Shown: in pieces, positions 29,023 to 40,100 of the stretch | Layout: each line of letters begins with the position of its first letter | How positions within the stretch are numbered: position 1 is the stretch's first letter | NCBI GenBank assembly: GCA_039815185.1 | Contig: JBCBZT010000022.1 | Span: 59,792 to 123,791, forward strand | Source of the DNA: Cyanobacteria bacterium P01_A01_bin.123 | GTDB taxonomy: Bacteria > Cyanobacteriota > Cyanobacteriia > Phormidesmidales > Phormidesmidaceae | Direction of reading: 5' to 3' | Length of the DNA: 64,000 bases | The notes under the pieces: generated by a model | Told to the model about the DNA's origin: nothing | Database searches by the model: none | Seen by the model: only the letters and a program-made list of their open reading frames with translations | Translations under genes and position numbers: made by a program

Positions 29023-31581
29023 ATGAAACTTTCTTTTTTAATGCGAATTATTCTTATCAATGGTCTTCCACTGGCTACCCTAGGATGGGGAATGGTTGCT
29101 CTGGCGGAAACGTCATCCGTACCCGACAATACCACCCCTAATCCACAAAAAACCTTACAAATCAGTAGCTTAGTGACAAGTGACAGACCTATTCAAGAGT
29201 TTATTGACCTTCAGCGTAATCCACTACCAATCAGTCCAGATGATATTGATTCTCAATCAAGTCTTTCCGGGGTCTCAAGAGACAGAGAAACACCAGAAAA
29301 CACAACTGTCGCCAAAACCCCTCCAGCGCAGTCCCCTTCCCTGAGTCAAGCAGCTCCGCCAAATCACTTAGCGCAGGAAAACACAGAGGTTGATTCAGGA
29401 ACAGAAGCAAATGTCACCGAAGTCGAACTGGGAGATACCCTGCGCATTACCGTGACAGGCACCCGCAACCCGACGACGGTAGATAACGTCCCCGCGACGG
29501 TGACCGTCTTTGAGTTGGAAGACTTTGAGTTTTACCAAGTCCAGACTTTGCAAGATCTGCTGCGCTATGAACCCGGCGTTTCAGTACGTAATAATCTGCG
29601 CTACGGTGCCCAAGATGTGAATATTCGGGGGATTGAGGGCAATCGCGTCCTCTTCCAAATCGACAATATTCGGTTGCCAGAGCGCTTTGAGTTTGGCCCG
29701 TTTAACATTGGGCGTGCCGACTATGTTGACTTTGCCACCCTACAGGCGGTGGAAGTACTCCGCGGCCCCGCTTCCACCCTTTACGGTAGCGATGCTCTCG
29801 GCGGCGTAGTCAGCTATCGCTCTCTAGAACCGAGTGATTTACTGGGTAGCGACGATAATTTTGCGGCTGATTTTTCCACCACTTTCTTGAGCGCTACGGG
29901 TGGGGTTGAAAACATTGCCCGAGCTGCGTTCCGGCAAGATCAATCCGAGGTAGTTTTTGTCATTAGCCGTCGGGATGGTCGAGAAGCGGATTCCTTCGCG
30001 GAAAGTCAGTTTGTCGATAGCCTAGATCGCGAGGGCACCACCTTGTACGGCAATTTGGTTCACGGACTCAATGAGTTTAGCCGTCTGGGTTTGATCGTTG
30101 AAGACTTTAACCGGAGAACGTCGCGTACCGAATCTGCGGGCAACCTCGGCACCCTCAACTTAAGCGAAAGCGAAGATATTTTGATTGATCGCACTCGTCT
30201 TAGCCTCAGCTATGAATATGACAATCCTGAGAGTCCCTCGTTTTTGCAGTTTCTCCGGACGCAACTCTTTTACCAAAGTGCTGTCACCACCGAACAGGTC
30301 GTCGAAACCCGTGCTTCTGGTTCAGGCATCTTGGCGGGGCAACCCGTGATCCGCAATACCGACAACCAGTTTATCAGTGATAGCTATGGCGGTGAGGTGC
30401 AATTGCGCAGCGATTTTGCCACGGGTAGCCTTGAACATAACCTCACCTATGGCTTTGATATTTCCAATACGTTTAATTCTAGACCCCGCGATCGCATCCA
30501 AACCAGCTTAACCACAGGCGTTTCGACCCGTGAAATTCCGCCGGATATTTTTCCCGTCAAAGATTTCCCCGACGGCAACACCCTGCGATTGGGGATTTAT
30601 TTGCAGGATGAAATTGAGATTGGTGACCTGAGTGTCATTGCCGGATTGCGGTTTGATTACTACGACCTCACCACCTCTCCAGATTTTGAGTTTTCTAGAA
30701 ACGGTGCTGAGTCAGTGGATCTTAACGCCTCGGCCCTCTCGCCGCGCATCGGCTTGCGTTACGACTTGACGCCAGAGATTTCGTTCTATGGACAATATGC
30801 TCGGGGCTTTCGGGCACCCCTCTACAGCGAAATCAACAGCGGGTTTACTAACCTGACCAGTCCTTTCTTTAAGTATGAGACCCTGTCAAACCCAGACTTG
30901 GAACCTGAAACCAGCAACAGTTTTGAAATTGGGGTACGCGGCAATTTTTCCCAGTTTAATTTTGGGATAACGGGGTTTTATAATACTTACAATAATTTCA
31001 TCCAACCCAACACAGACGCGGGTACCCGTTGTTTAGTTGCAGTTAATCCATGTCCAACTTTTAATCCGCCTATTAGCTTCGATACCCAAGAGGTTGATCG
31101 CTTCCAAACTCAAAATATTTCTAGCGCCCGGATTTACGGCGTAGAAGTCAGTGGCGAATATCGCTTTAGTCCGGAAGATTACGGGTTTAGTATTCTGGGT
31201 AGTTTGGCTTACACTGTCGGTGATGATCTCACGGCGAATCAACCCCTGACCACGATTGATCCCTTCACAGCGGTGATGGGTCTACGGTATCGTTCCCCTG
31301 AGAATATTTGGCGAGCCGAGTTGATCAGTACTTTGGTGGGGACAGCACGGGTGCCGAATAGAAGCACGACTTTTGTACCGGCGTCCTATGCGGTGTTTGA
31401 TTTGATTGGCAGCTACAACGTAACCCCTAATTTAGGCTTCAATTTGGGCATTTATAACCTACTCAACGCAGAGTATTACAACTATTCGGAGGTGCGGACG
31501 CAGCCAGCGAATAGCCCGGATATTGCCCGCTTTAGTCAACCCGGAACCAATGTCAGATTGGGGGTGAGTTTCAACTTCTAA
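29023..31581 (+). CDS. TonB-dependent outer-membrane receptor, heme/hemoglobin-receptor-like
   Basis: TonB box-like ITVTGTR, plug motifs IRG and VEVLRGPASTLYGSDALGGVV, FRAP and NPDL motifs, C-terminal Phe. Confidence 0.92.
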   Translation: MKLSFLMRIILINGLPLATLGWGMVALAETSSVPDNTTPNPQKTLQISSLVTSDRPIQEFIDLQRNPLPISPDDIDSQSSLSGVSRDRETPENTTVAKTPPAQSPSLSQAAPPNHLAQENTEVDSGTEANVTEVELGDTLRITVTGTRNPTTVDNVPATVTVFELEDFEFYQVQTLQDLLRYEPGVSVRNNLRYGAQDVNIRGIEGNRVLFQIDNIRLPERFEFGPFNIGRADYVDFATLQAVEVLRGPASTLYGSDALGGVVSYRSLEPSDLLGSDDNFAADFSTTFLSATGGVENIARAAFRQDQSEVVFVISRRDGREADSFAESQFVDSLDREGTTLYGNLVHGLNEFSRLGLIVEDFNRRTSRTESAGNLGTLNLSESEDILIDRTRLSLSYEYDNPESPSFLQFLRTQLFYQSAVTTEQVVETRASGSGILAGQPVIRNTDNQFISDSYGGEVQLRSDFATGSLEHNLTYGFDISNTFNSRPRDRIQTSLTTGVSTREIPPDIFPVKDFPDGNTLRLGIYLQDEIEIGDLSVIAGLRFDYYDLTTSPDFEFSRNGAESVDLNASALSPRIGLRYDLTPEISFYGQYARGFRAPLYSEINSGFTNLTSPFFKYETLSNPDLEPETSNSFEIGVRGNFSQFNFGITGFYNTYNNFIQPNTDAGTRCLVAVNPCPTFNPPISFDTQEVDRFQTQNISSARIYGVEVSGEYRFSPEDYGFSILGSLAYTVGDDLTANQPLTTIDPFTAVMGLRYRSPENIWRAELISTLVGTARVPNRSTTFVPASYAVFDLIGSYNVTPNLGFNLGIYNLLNAEYYNYSEVRTQPANSPDIARFSQPGTNVRLGVSFNF

Positions 31582-31599
31582 GCTTTCGGATGGGTCTCC

Positions 31600-31642
31600 A
31601 GTTCGGGATCTGGCAATGTTATGTATTGCCAGATCCTGAACT
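31600..31642 (+). terminator. 18-bp-stem intergenic hairpin after the TonB-dependent receptor (terminator or mRNA stabiliser, REP-like)
   Basis: AGTTCGGGATCTGGCAAT-gttatgt-ATTGCCAGATCCTGAACT, followed by TTT. Confidence 0.7.
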
Positions 31643-31689
31643 TTTCTCTTTATCGTTACTGTTTGGAAATTATCTCAGGACATTTCATT

Positions 31690-32634
31690 ATGGGTAAAAA
31701 AATTAATCACAAACCTAATCAACGTTGGTTTTCAATCTGGCGTTGGGCGGCGATCACGGTGTTAATCAGCGCGATCGCCGCCTGCTCTAACGCTCCAGAC
31801 CCCAATCTCACCGCATCCGATGCCGAATCAACTGAACCGATTGAAGCAGAAGTTGCAGATGCCCCACCTACTGCAACGGCAGACCGCATCGTCACCCTCA
31901 CCCCCCTCACCGCCGACCTCGTCCAAACCCTGGATGAAGATAAGCTGGTCGGGGTACCCGGCAGTCCGTTAATTCGGCAAGATTCTAGATTTGCAACCCT
32001 AGAAATTGTCAGTGAAGGCCGCACTGAACCCGATTTAGAAAAAATTATTGCCCTCGAACCTGACTTGGTAATTGGCGCATTAGGCTTTCACGACAAATCT
32101 CTAGCACGCCTACAAGAGCACGGTGTCGACACCCTAGCCGTAGACGTCACCAGTTGGGAGGCGCTCGAAGCGTTAACTGAAGACCTTGCCCAACGGACAA
32201 ACACCAACCCAGATTCGCTGCTCGCCCGCTACGACGCCTGCCTAGCCCAAGCGCCCGAGACATCCCCCGACGCCTTAGTTTTAGTCAGTCGTCAACCCTT
32301 GCTATCCCCCAACAAAGCGAGCTGGGCCGGGGACTTCTTGGCACAGTTCAACATTCAAAATGTCACCGCCGAACTGCAAGGAGAAAGCCCCTTTGATGGC
32401 TACATCACCCTATCGGAAGAGAAAGTATTAACCGCAGATCCAGATATGTTATTAGTCGTCGAAACGGATAACACACTCCGAGAGCAGCTTAAAGGCGATC
32501 CCTTTTGGGGAGAATTAGCTGCCACTCAAACCAATCAGGTTTACACCTTTGACTATTTTGGCTTAGTCAACCCCGGTAGCCTAGCCAGCATCGAAGCCAC
32601 CTGCTCAAAGCTTGCAGAACTTTCTCCTTCATGA
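31690..32634 (+). CDS. Iron-chelate ABC periplasmic binding lipoprotein
   Basis: Lipobox IAAC, EPDLEKIIALEPDLVIG, FDYFGLVNPGSL; ATG 31690 preferred. Confidence 0.88.
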   Translation: MGKKINHKPNQRWFSIWRWAAITVLISAIAACSNAPDPNLTASDAESTEPIEAEVADAPPTATADRIVTLTPLTADLVQTLDEDKLVGVPGSPLIRQDSRFATLEIVSEGRTEPDLEKIIALEPDLVIGALGFHDKSLARLQEHGVDTLAVDVTSWEALEALTEDLAQRTNTNPDSLLARYDACLAQAPETSPDALVLVSRQPLLSPNKASWAGDFLAQFNIQNVTAELQGESPFDGYITLSEEKVLTADPDMLLVVETDNTLREQLKGDPFWGELAATQTNQVYTFDYFGLVNPGSLASIEATCSKLAELSPS

Positions 32635-32676
32635 CAGCACTCACCAGACTTAGCCATGCGCTAATCCTCCTCACCA

Positions 32677-33405
32677 TTACCCCTCCGATATAGGTAGAGC
32701 CAATGCAGGGTCATACACCCGACGAATCCAATCGAGGTCAATTTCAAATAGATAATCCACCGCCCAATTTGCCCGTCGCTGCATCATCCGAAAGGGATAG
32801 GTATGAGCCACACCGACGACCTGCATTCCAGCTTGCTTGGCGGCTTTAATACCAATAAAGGAATCTTCGATGGCAAGACAGTTTTCGGGTTTAAGATTCA
32901 GCGTGGGAAAAGCAGTATTAAGCTTTTGAACCGCCAGTAGATAGCTGTCGGGTTCGGGTTTGCTGGCCTCAGGAGTTAAGTCATTGCCGCTGACGACGAT
33001 TGAGAAATGTTCTGCTAGGTTAGCCTGGGTAAGAATAGTTTCGACCTCAGGAAAAGTAGCGCCAGTCACGATAGCCATCCTGAGTTTGGCAGCACGAATT
33101 TTGAAAATTAGATCGTCAAGACCGGGATACAGCGGGAGCTTTTTTAGCTCTGAGAGTTCCGCCTGATAGCGAGCAGTCTTTTTCTGCACGAGTTTGTCGA
33201 GCATCTGGTTAGACATGACGCGCCCCCGTTTCATAAATAGATCTTTGAGACAGGCGCGATCGCTACGACCCAAGCACACCTGAGTGTATTCATCCGGGTC
33301 GGGCCGCATATTTTCTTCTAAGACGAGTTGCTCAATCAGCCGCCGATGAACCGCTAAGTCTTTGACGATAACGCCGTTAAATCCGAAGCAAACTGCCTTG
33401 AGCAT
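32677..33405 (-). CDS. HAD-superfamily hydrolase (BPGM/CbbY-like)
   Basis: KPEPDSY and AIEDSFIGI are typical. Motif I reads FGFNGV, without the usual nucleophile Asp. Confidence 0.8.
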   Translation of the reverse strand: MLKAVCFGFNGVIVKDLAVHRRLIEQLVLEENMRPDPDEYTQVCLGRSDRACLKDLFMKRGRVMSNQMLDKLVQKKTARYQAELSELKKLPLYPGLDDLIFKIRAAKLRMAIVTGATFPEVETILTQANLAEHFSIVVSGNDLTPEASKPEPDSYLLAVQKLNTAFPTLNLKPENCLAIEDSFIGIKAAKQAGMQVVGVAHTYPFRMMQRRANWAVDYLFEIDLDWIRRVYDPALALPISEG

Positions 33406-33406
33406 G

Positions 33407-34261
33407 TCAGCACCCGACTGCCACAGCGTGCGCACCTCCCACGGACCAGATGGGTTTCTGCCCTACGATTGGCTTCACACCGCGTGTCATTTGGTGAATC
33501 CACCACACGGTTTGGGTGCGCACGGCATCAAATCCGGCAGCCCCCATCCAAGCATCAATGCTGGCTTCAGCATAGGTATGAATGTAGGGTTCTTCAAAAA
33601 TATCCATCAGCCAAGGCAGTTGGCGCATGACATCTTGATTGCCGTCGAGCACTAACACTTCACCGCCTGTGGTTAAGAGGCGAAAACATTCTCGTAAAAT
33701 TCGCTGGGCAATATCCGGTGGCGTTTCGTGAAATAACAAGTTGATGGTAATCAAATCAATGGCGTTGGACGGGAGGTGGGTATCTTCAGCCAGGGCATGT
33801 TTCCACTGAATATCTAGGGTTGCCTTTTGGGCCTGATCGGCAGCGACTACCAGCATGTGGGGCGACAAGTCGAGACCAATGACTTCGGCCTCGGGAAAGG
33901 TCCTTTTGAGCATGCGGGTGCTGGTGCCTGTGCCACAACCCAAATCTAGAATACGCCGAGGCTTGCACTGAACAGCATCAATCAAGCTGCGGCGAACCCA
34001 GGTTTCATTGGGCGGTAGCACATACTGGGTGATGGGGTCGTAGGTGACGGCGGCATCGCTGGTGAGATAGCCACCTTGAATGCCGTGAAAATTTTGATTC
34101 CGGTAGTAATTGGGATAAACGAGACTGGGATCTTGCATGCGATCGCATGCAAGATCCCAGTCGATACGCCGGGAATATGCCAGCAGTGCCTCCCGATCAA
34201 TAAATTGACTGAATACAGGTGCCAGAAAACGCTCAAATAGAGGAGTGTTACCGTTTGCCAT
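33407..34261 (-). CDS. Class I SAM-dependent methyltransferase
   Basis: ILDLGCGTG, GLDLSPHML, LLFHETP; stop lies immediately before the HAD gene start. Confidence 0.9.
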   Translation of the reverse strand: MANGNTPLFERFLAPVFSQFIDREALLAYSRRIDWDLACDRMQDPSLVYPNYYRNQNFHGIQGGYLTSDAAVTYDPITQYVLPPNETWVRRSLIDAVQCKPRRILDLGCGTGTSTRMLKRTFPEAEVIGLDLSPHMLVVAADQAQKATLDIQWKHALAEDTHLPSNAIDLITINLLFHETPPDIAQRILRECFRLLTTGGEVLVLDGNQDVMRQLPWLMDIFEEPYIHTYAEASIDAWMGAAGFDAVRTQTVWWIHQMTRGVKPIVGQKPIWSVGGAHAVAVGC

Positions 34262-34387
34262 GTCCTTTGCCCACGTTGATAAAGGTTGCTCAGGGAGGGG
34301 GTGTTAATGATCCTACAGGGCATCCATAATATGAAGTTTAATAAATTTTGTGGGCAGGCGGGAAATTTGTCCGCTGGCAGTGCCTGC

Positions 34388-34849
34388 TTAGTAACCAATC
34401 GTTTTTGCGACAGAACCTTGAACCAGAGCAGGTATCTTCTCTGCTGACCGTGCGTCGAAATTGGCTGAACGTGCCCGCGCTTCCCGGAACAGATGATTGG
34501 CCCACTGCTGCACGTCATAGCAGCACAGCGCTTCATACATGGGTTGCATTAGTAACTTTTGCTCTACTTTAGGCATCACTAATGCCTGGTCAATCGCAGT
34601 ATCCATTTGACGGTTAGAGTAAGGATTAACTAAAATCGCACCCGGCATCAGCCAAAGCGGTACCGCTGGGTGTAAAGGCTGTGCCTTTTTCCAGGCAATC
34701 CAAGTACTCGCTTCAGCCCTTGAGCAGAAACTTTTCAAGGTCGGCAAAATCCCATTCGAGCTTTTCTTTTATTGATAAACCCGCTGTCCATTTTCAAGGA
34801 CTTCGTCGTAGGGTTCTCGATGATAAAGGATGATTAGTGATGATTTCAT
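34388..34849 (-). pseudogene. ggpS: Collapsed glucosylglycerol-phosphate synthase pseudogene
   Basis: Manual translation MKSSLIILYHREPYDEVLENGQRVYQ*KKSSNGILPTLKSF..STWIAWK matches the GgpS N-terminus, with TAA at 34771-34769. It then jumps to the C-terminal GAILVNPYS..YDVQQWANH. Total about 460 bp versus about 1.5 kb for an intact gene. Confidence 0.88.
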
Positions 34850-35613
34850 AATGCCAACCCTCTAAACATTCAATTGAACCAATAGAAAATTTTCAGTTCT
34901 TCGGACTTCGTATCTGAGAATACAAATCTTTTGAGCTAGGAGAGAAGCCTTATTTCTTGGACTTCAACATAACAATACCTTAGCAACTGTACTTTTGGGA
35001 AGAATAATACTTCTTATGCCTTTTAAAGGAAAATCATCTGCCTTAAGATAGAAAAATTCAATCTAGTTTTCTGTATCAAAAAAGCTTGTGGGGCATCATT
35101 ATAATCATGCTTCTTTCCCAATGAACGCAACATGTCTGTTGCACCCTAATTCCCCTTGCTAGCCTCTATCGCTAGTCTGATCTTTTCAGATATGGTGTGG
35201 GCTATGCTAATGCCGGAGTAGATGTTTACAGGAACGTTATGATCATTCGCTGACCGAGTAACTACGGATGTAAGGGATAAATAGAAGCGGTTACTTCAGC
35301 GTGCTAATTGTTGCCTAAACCATCATCTCTGGTTCTCAATCTTAGGGAGTTCTGAGGTTCTAAAAATCTTATGGGTTGGGTTTGAGAGTTTGATTTAGCG
35401 CGCAAACGCAGCTTGTTTATCCTAATCAAATTGTTTCCACCCCAGAAACTGGAGTTTTAATCATGGCAAACACTATACTTCGAGCTGGCCGCGATTCAAT
35501 CCTGCATTGAGGTTAGGGTTAGCGCAGACTAGCGTCAATCCTTTGATTCGGGTTAGATTAACGCTAACTGCGATGACATAACCAGCCGATTAAGTAGCAA
35601 AGTAACGCCCACA

Positions 35614-37068
35614 ATGGATTCAGATACCTTGACTGAGCCTCAATGTACGGAAGTGATCAGGGCAGAAGCGCCTAAGCCAGAATTTTCTAGTTTTCAGCTG
35701 TGGAATATGAATGTTGGCTTTCTAGGCATTCAGTTTGGTTGGGGGCTGCAGATGGCCAACATGAGTTCCATCTTTGAACATCTAGGGGCCAGTGCCCATG
35801 CAATTCCGATTTTGTGGCTGGCAGCACCGCTGACGGGGCTAGTGGTACAGCCAATCGTGGGTAATCTGAGCGACTATACTTGGGGCCCCTTGGGTCGTAG
35901 GCGACCCTACTTATTAGTGGGGGCAATTCTGGCATCCATAGCGTTGATACTCATGCCTAGCTGCTCAGCCCTGTGGATGGCTGTGGGGCTCCTGTGGATT
36001 CTAGATACGAGCGCTAACGTCAGCATGGTGCCGTTTCGGGCCTTTGTGGGTGACTTGTTGCCCCAGGAACAGCGGACACGGGGGTTTGCCATGCAGAGTG
36101 TGATGGTGGGCATCGGTGCGATCGCCGCTTCTAGCATGCCTTGGCTACTCAATCATCTGTTTGCAGTCGATCCCACTACCAATATGGTCCGTCGCATTCC
36201 ACTGACGGTGGAGCTGTCGTTTTACCTCGGCGCAGCCCTGTTTCTCAGCACCATCTTATGGACAATTATCACAACCCCCGAACGCCCTCCCAAAAACCTC
36301 GACCGATTTGAACAGCTCAAAGAGGAGCGGGGTGGCATTCTAAACAGCCTGCAAGAAACGTTGCAGGCACTGCAACAAATGCCAGTCACCATGCGGCAGC
36401 TTGCCTGGGTACAGATTTTTACCTGGTTGGGTATTTTCTGCTTTTTTATCTACTTTCCACCCGCGGTAGCGCGGAATATTTTTGGAGCAGTGGATTTTGA
36501 TTCGTCTCTATATAACGAAGGGATTGAGTGGGCAGGACTCTGCTTTGCTGTCTTCAATGCAGTTTGCATCGGTTTTTCATTCCTATTGCCGGTACTGACT
36601 CGCCGAATTAGCCGCAAAGTTGTCCATAGTCTTTGTTTAGCCTTGGGTGGCGCTAGTTTAATTTTGCTGCTAGTGATTCACCAACCGTTATGGCTGTTGT
36701 TATCGATGGTGGGGTTCGGCATGGCATGGGCCAGTGCACAATCGATCCCCTATGCAATTTTGACCCACGCAATTCCCACCCAACGGCGTGGTATTTATCA
36801 AGGTATTTTCAATTTCTTTATCGTGCTACCTGAAATTGGAATTTCCCTAGCCTTTGGCTGGGTGATGCAGTATCTGCTGCACGACAATCGGCTGACGGCG
36901 GTTGTGATCGGGGGTGTTTTTTTGCTGATAGCAGCTGCGCTGAACCTACTGGTACAGACACCAGCCAGCTTACCCGCTAGTGCCTCTACTGATGTCAAAA
37001 CGACTGAATCGGGCAAACTATGTACGCAGGAAGAGGCAATCGATCAATCGGTTCCATCATCTTTATAA
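35614..37068 (+). CDS. MFS sugar transporter, SLC45/SUC (sucrose/maltose) type
   Basis: WNMNVGFLGIQFGWGLQ, LWLAAPLTGLVVQPIVG..SD..GRRRPY, GIFNFFIVLPE. Confidence 0.88.
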   Translation: MDSDTLTEPQCTEVIRAEAPKPEFSSFQLWNMNVGFLGIQFGWGLQMANMSSIFEHLGASAHAIPILWLAAPLTGLVVQPIVGNLSDYTWGPLGRRRPYLLVGAILASIALILMPSCSALWMAVGLLWILDTSANVSMVPFRAFVGDLLPQEQRTRGFAMQSVMVGIGAIAASSMPWLLNHLFAVDPTTNMVRRIPLTVELSFYLGAALFLSTILWTIITTPERPPKNLDRFEQLKEERGGILNSLQETLQALQQMPVTMRQLAWVQIFTWLGIFCFFIYFPPAVARNIFGAVDFDSSLYNEGIEWAGLCFAVFNAVCIGFSFLLPVLTRRISRKVVHSLCLALGGASLILLLVIHQPLWLLLSMVGFGMAWASAQSIPYAILTHAIPTQRRGIYQGIFNFFIVLPEIGISLAFGWVMQYLLHDNRLTAVVIGGVFLLIAAALNLLVQTPASLPASASTDVKTTESGKLCTQEEAIDQSVPSSL

Positions 37069-37137
37069 AAGCAAAAGCTGCTTTTTTCATGGATCGGTGA
37101 TCGGTTCGCAAACTGACGCTACACATCAGCAAGACAC

Positions 37138-40100
37138 GTGCAACTTGTTAAACCCCAGTGGACGCAAATCCTGCCAGATCGGCTAAATCAGCTCTTGCTG
37201 CTAGCAGCAACAATGCTGATCTATAGCGTGCTGGGGATGGCGATCGGTAATTCCTTATTTGTGAGCTATGTCGGGGCTGAACACTTGCCACTGGCATTTC
37301 TGCTGATTGGGTTGTGCTCAATGCCTGCCTATGTGCTGTTTTCTCAGGTTGTCGATCGCTATAGTCGTCCTCAGTTATTTCGGTATGTGCTGCTGGGGTC
37401 AATTTTTGTTGCATTAGGGCTGCGCCTGTTGCTGTTGCAAGAAGCACCCTATGCCTATTACATTCTGCTGATCGCCGTCTTCTTTCAGTGGGACTTCCAT
37501 AACAATGTGTTGTATCCCAGCTTGCTGACTGACTATTTCACAACGCAGGAATACAAGCGGTATGCGCCTTACATTGGCATTGCCCAGGCCGTGGGGATGC
37601 TGGTAGGCGGCGGGTTAACGACACTGCTATCGCACTATCTCCGAACACGAGACTTACTGTTGTGTTTACCCATCGTGTTTGCCCTGGGCATTGCACAGCT
37701 ATTACTTTTAGAAAGTTCTCAACGCCAGTTGACCGTAACCAAATCAGAACCTGTTGTCAGCGTTTTAGAATCTCTGCAAACGTTTCCTGAGTTGGTTAAG
37801 CGTTATCCATTGGCGCTGTTTCTAGCCAGCAGTAGCTTTCTGCTGGTGATCATCTATATCAGCTCTGAGTTTTTGTGGTTTAACATCTATGGCGATTATT
37901 TCAGCGACCAGGCGCTGACTGGCTTTTTGGGCCTAATGCGAATTGTCATTAGCGTTGTACAGATGGTCGTGATTTATGGGGTGACACGACCTTTGTTAAA
38001 AACAGTGGGTGTGGCTCAGATGAATTCAGTCTATCCCCTCACAACCTTGATTAGCTTTGTTGGCTTGATGTCTCATTTTGGTTTGCCTGCGGCGATTGGC
38101 CTCCATATCAACGGGGATGCATTCTACAAAGCGATTAATTTGCCAGTCCACCAGCTCAACTACAATGCCATTCCCCGTGAATTTATTGGCCGGATTCGAG
38201 CCCTCAGTGACGGATTCATTTACGCTATCGGGCTAACACTAGCTGGGGTGCTGTTATGGGTCTGCGAAACCCATTTGAGCCTGTTACAAATTACCTGGAT
38301 AGTGGCAGGGTTAGCATTTCTGCTGATGTTGGTGCGGATACCGATGGGACGGTTTTATGCCAGCGGTCTTGAAGAGATGATTCGCTCTAACAGCATCAAT
38401 CTAGATGAATTTGATGCTTACCCGATTCCGTTGTCGCCCCAGTCTGGAGAAGCCGTCAGAGAGCTATTGACTGATACAGACCGCTATACCCAGCTTAAGG
38501 GGCTGGAGCTAGCAGCCAGAATGAACCAGGCCAGTGAGTTTTTAACTGAGGTAGAGGCGTTAGTTCCGGGCGCAGATATTCAAGTTTATGAAGCGGCGAT
38601 CGCGTTGTTTGCCAATTGCCCCGACCTGCTCAATCACTTCAAACAGCGGCTGCAAGCGCCTGCCCTAAATGCCTTTGCCTTAGAAGTTTTGCTGATCAAC
38701 CAATACATCCCGAGTCAAAGACAGGTTGACACTTGGTTAGGCAGTCCGCAAAAAGCGCTGCGAGTGCTGGGAGCTATTGCCCAAATCATCACTGACCCCT
38801 CATCTGCCCCAACCTGGCCTGTAGAACTTGATAGCATTACTGCGCGCATTGTGACTCGTGTAGTTGCCTACAGCAACAACCCCACATTGCCCCCCCTGAT
38901 TCCTCAGGTCATCCTGACTCAATCTAGCTCAGACATTATTTGTGCTGGGTTAGAAGTGCTACTACCCCTGACTCAGCGCGCTGATCAGACCGTTGCTACC
39001 ATCGCTCAAGCCAAACTAGAGCATGCGGATCCAATGGTGCGAATGGCAGCCTTTGACCTGCTGCGGGCAACCCGCTGCCCAGAACAGCTGACAGCAGTGA
39101 GCCAAGGTTTGGGGGATGCAGATCCACGGGTGCGTCAACGGGCTGCCACTGCTTTAGCCGCCTATGGTCGGTCGGGTCTAGCACTGGCCAAAGCAAGTCT
39201 GACGGCTTCAAAAGTCGAAGTCGTCAACACTGCGATTATCGCCATTGGCCTAGTGCGAACCAAATATGCCAGCAATCTATTATTCGACTATCTGGCTCCC
39301 AGTTATAAACAACTTGCCCAGACGCGTAAATGGCAGCAGCAAATTCCTACAAATGACCCCAGATGGCAACCGCTCAGGGTTGCTATTGTTGATTATCACG
39401 AGCGCTTGATTCAAAAAGTCTTGTATGTCCTCTCGGCCCTGGGATACGCTCGTACCGTGAATACGGTTAATCGATTGCTGGCAATTAATGACCAAAGCGA
39501 ACTCGAAAATGCGATTGAGGTGCTGGCCTCGCTCAACCATCGACGTTTTGTCATGCCGTTAATGCCATTGTTTGAAGAACGGAGTGCCCCTGAGCCATCC
39601 GCTAGTCGCATTCAAGCAACTCCCCAATGGCTGAGAACGAAGGGCTATCGTCTCTTGCTTGAGGCTTTAGAATCGAAGGATCGATGGATCAAAATCGGTG
39701 CCTTGATTGCCCTATCGATGGTACCTTCAGCCCTGGTGAATGATCCTGATCCGTTTGTTAAACAGGTTGCCAGTCAGATTTTTGGTGCAATTGATCAATC
39801 AACCTTACCCACGAATACTGCTATGAACCGATTGCTACTGCTCAAAAATGTAGCGCTCTTTAAGAACCTTTCCCTTGACGAGTTGCTGCTGATTGACAAG
39901 AGCCTGGAGCAAACTCAGGTATTAGCAAGCAGAACTATTTTCGCCGAAGGCGACTGGGGCTCCCACCTCTACATTATTGCTGATGGCACTGTGCAGCTGG
40001 TCAAAAATATTGATGGTAACCTCCGCAAACTCAAGCAGCTTCAGCAGGGCCAATATTTTGGCGAGGTGGCGCTATTTGACAATGCACCTCGTTGGGATGG

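Noticed and set aside
35463..35510. GGAG-preceded mini-ORF MANTILRAGRDSILH* in the ggpS-MFS intergenic region
   Set aside because: Too short to assign. It could be another gene scar, but I recognise no similarity.
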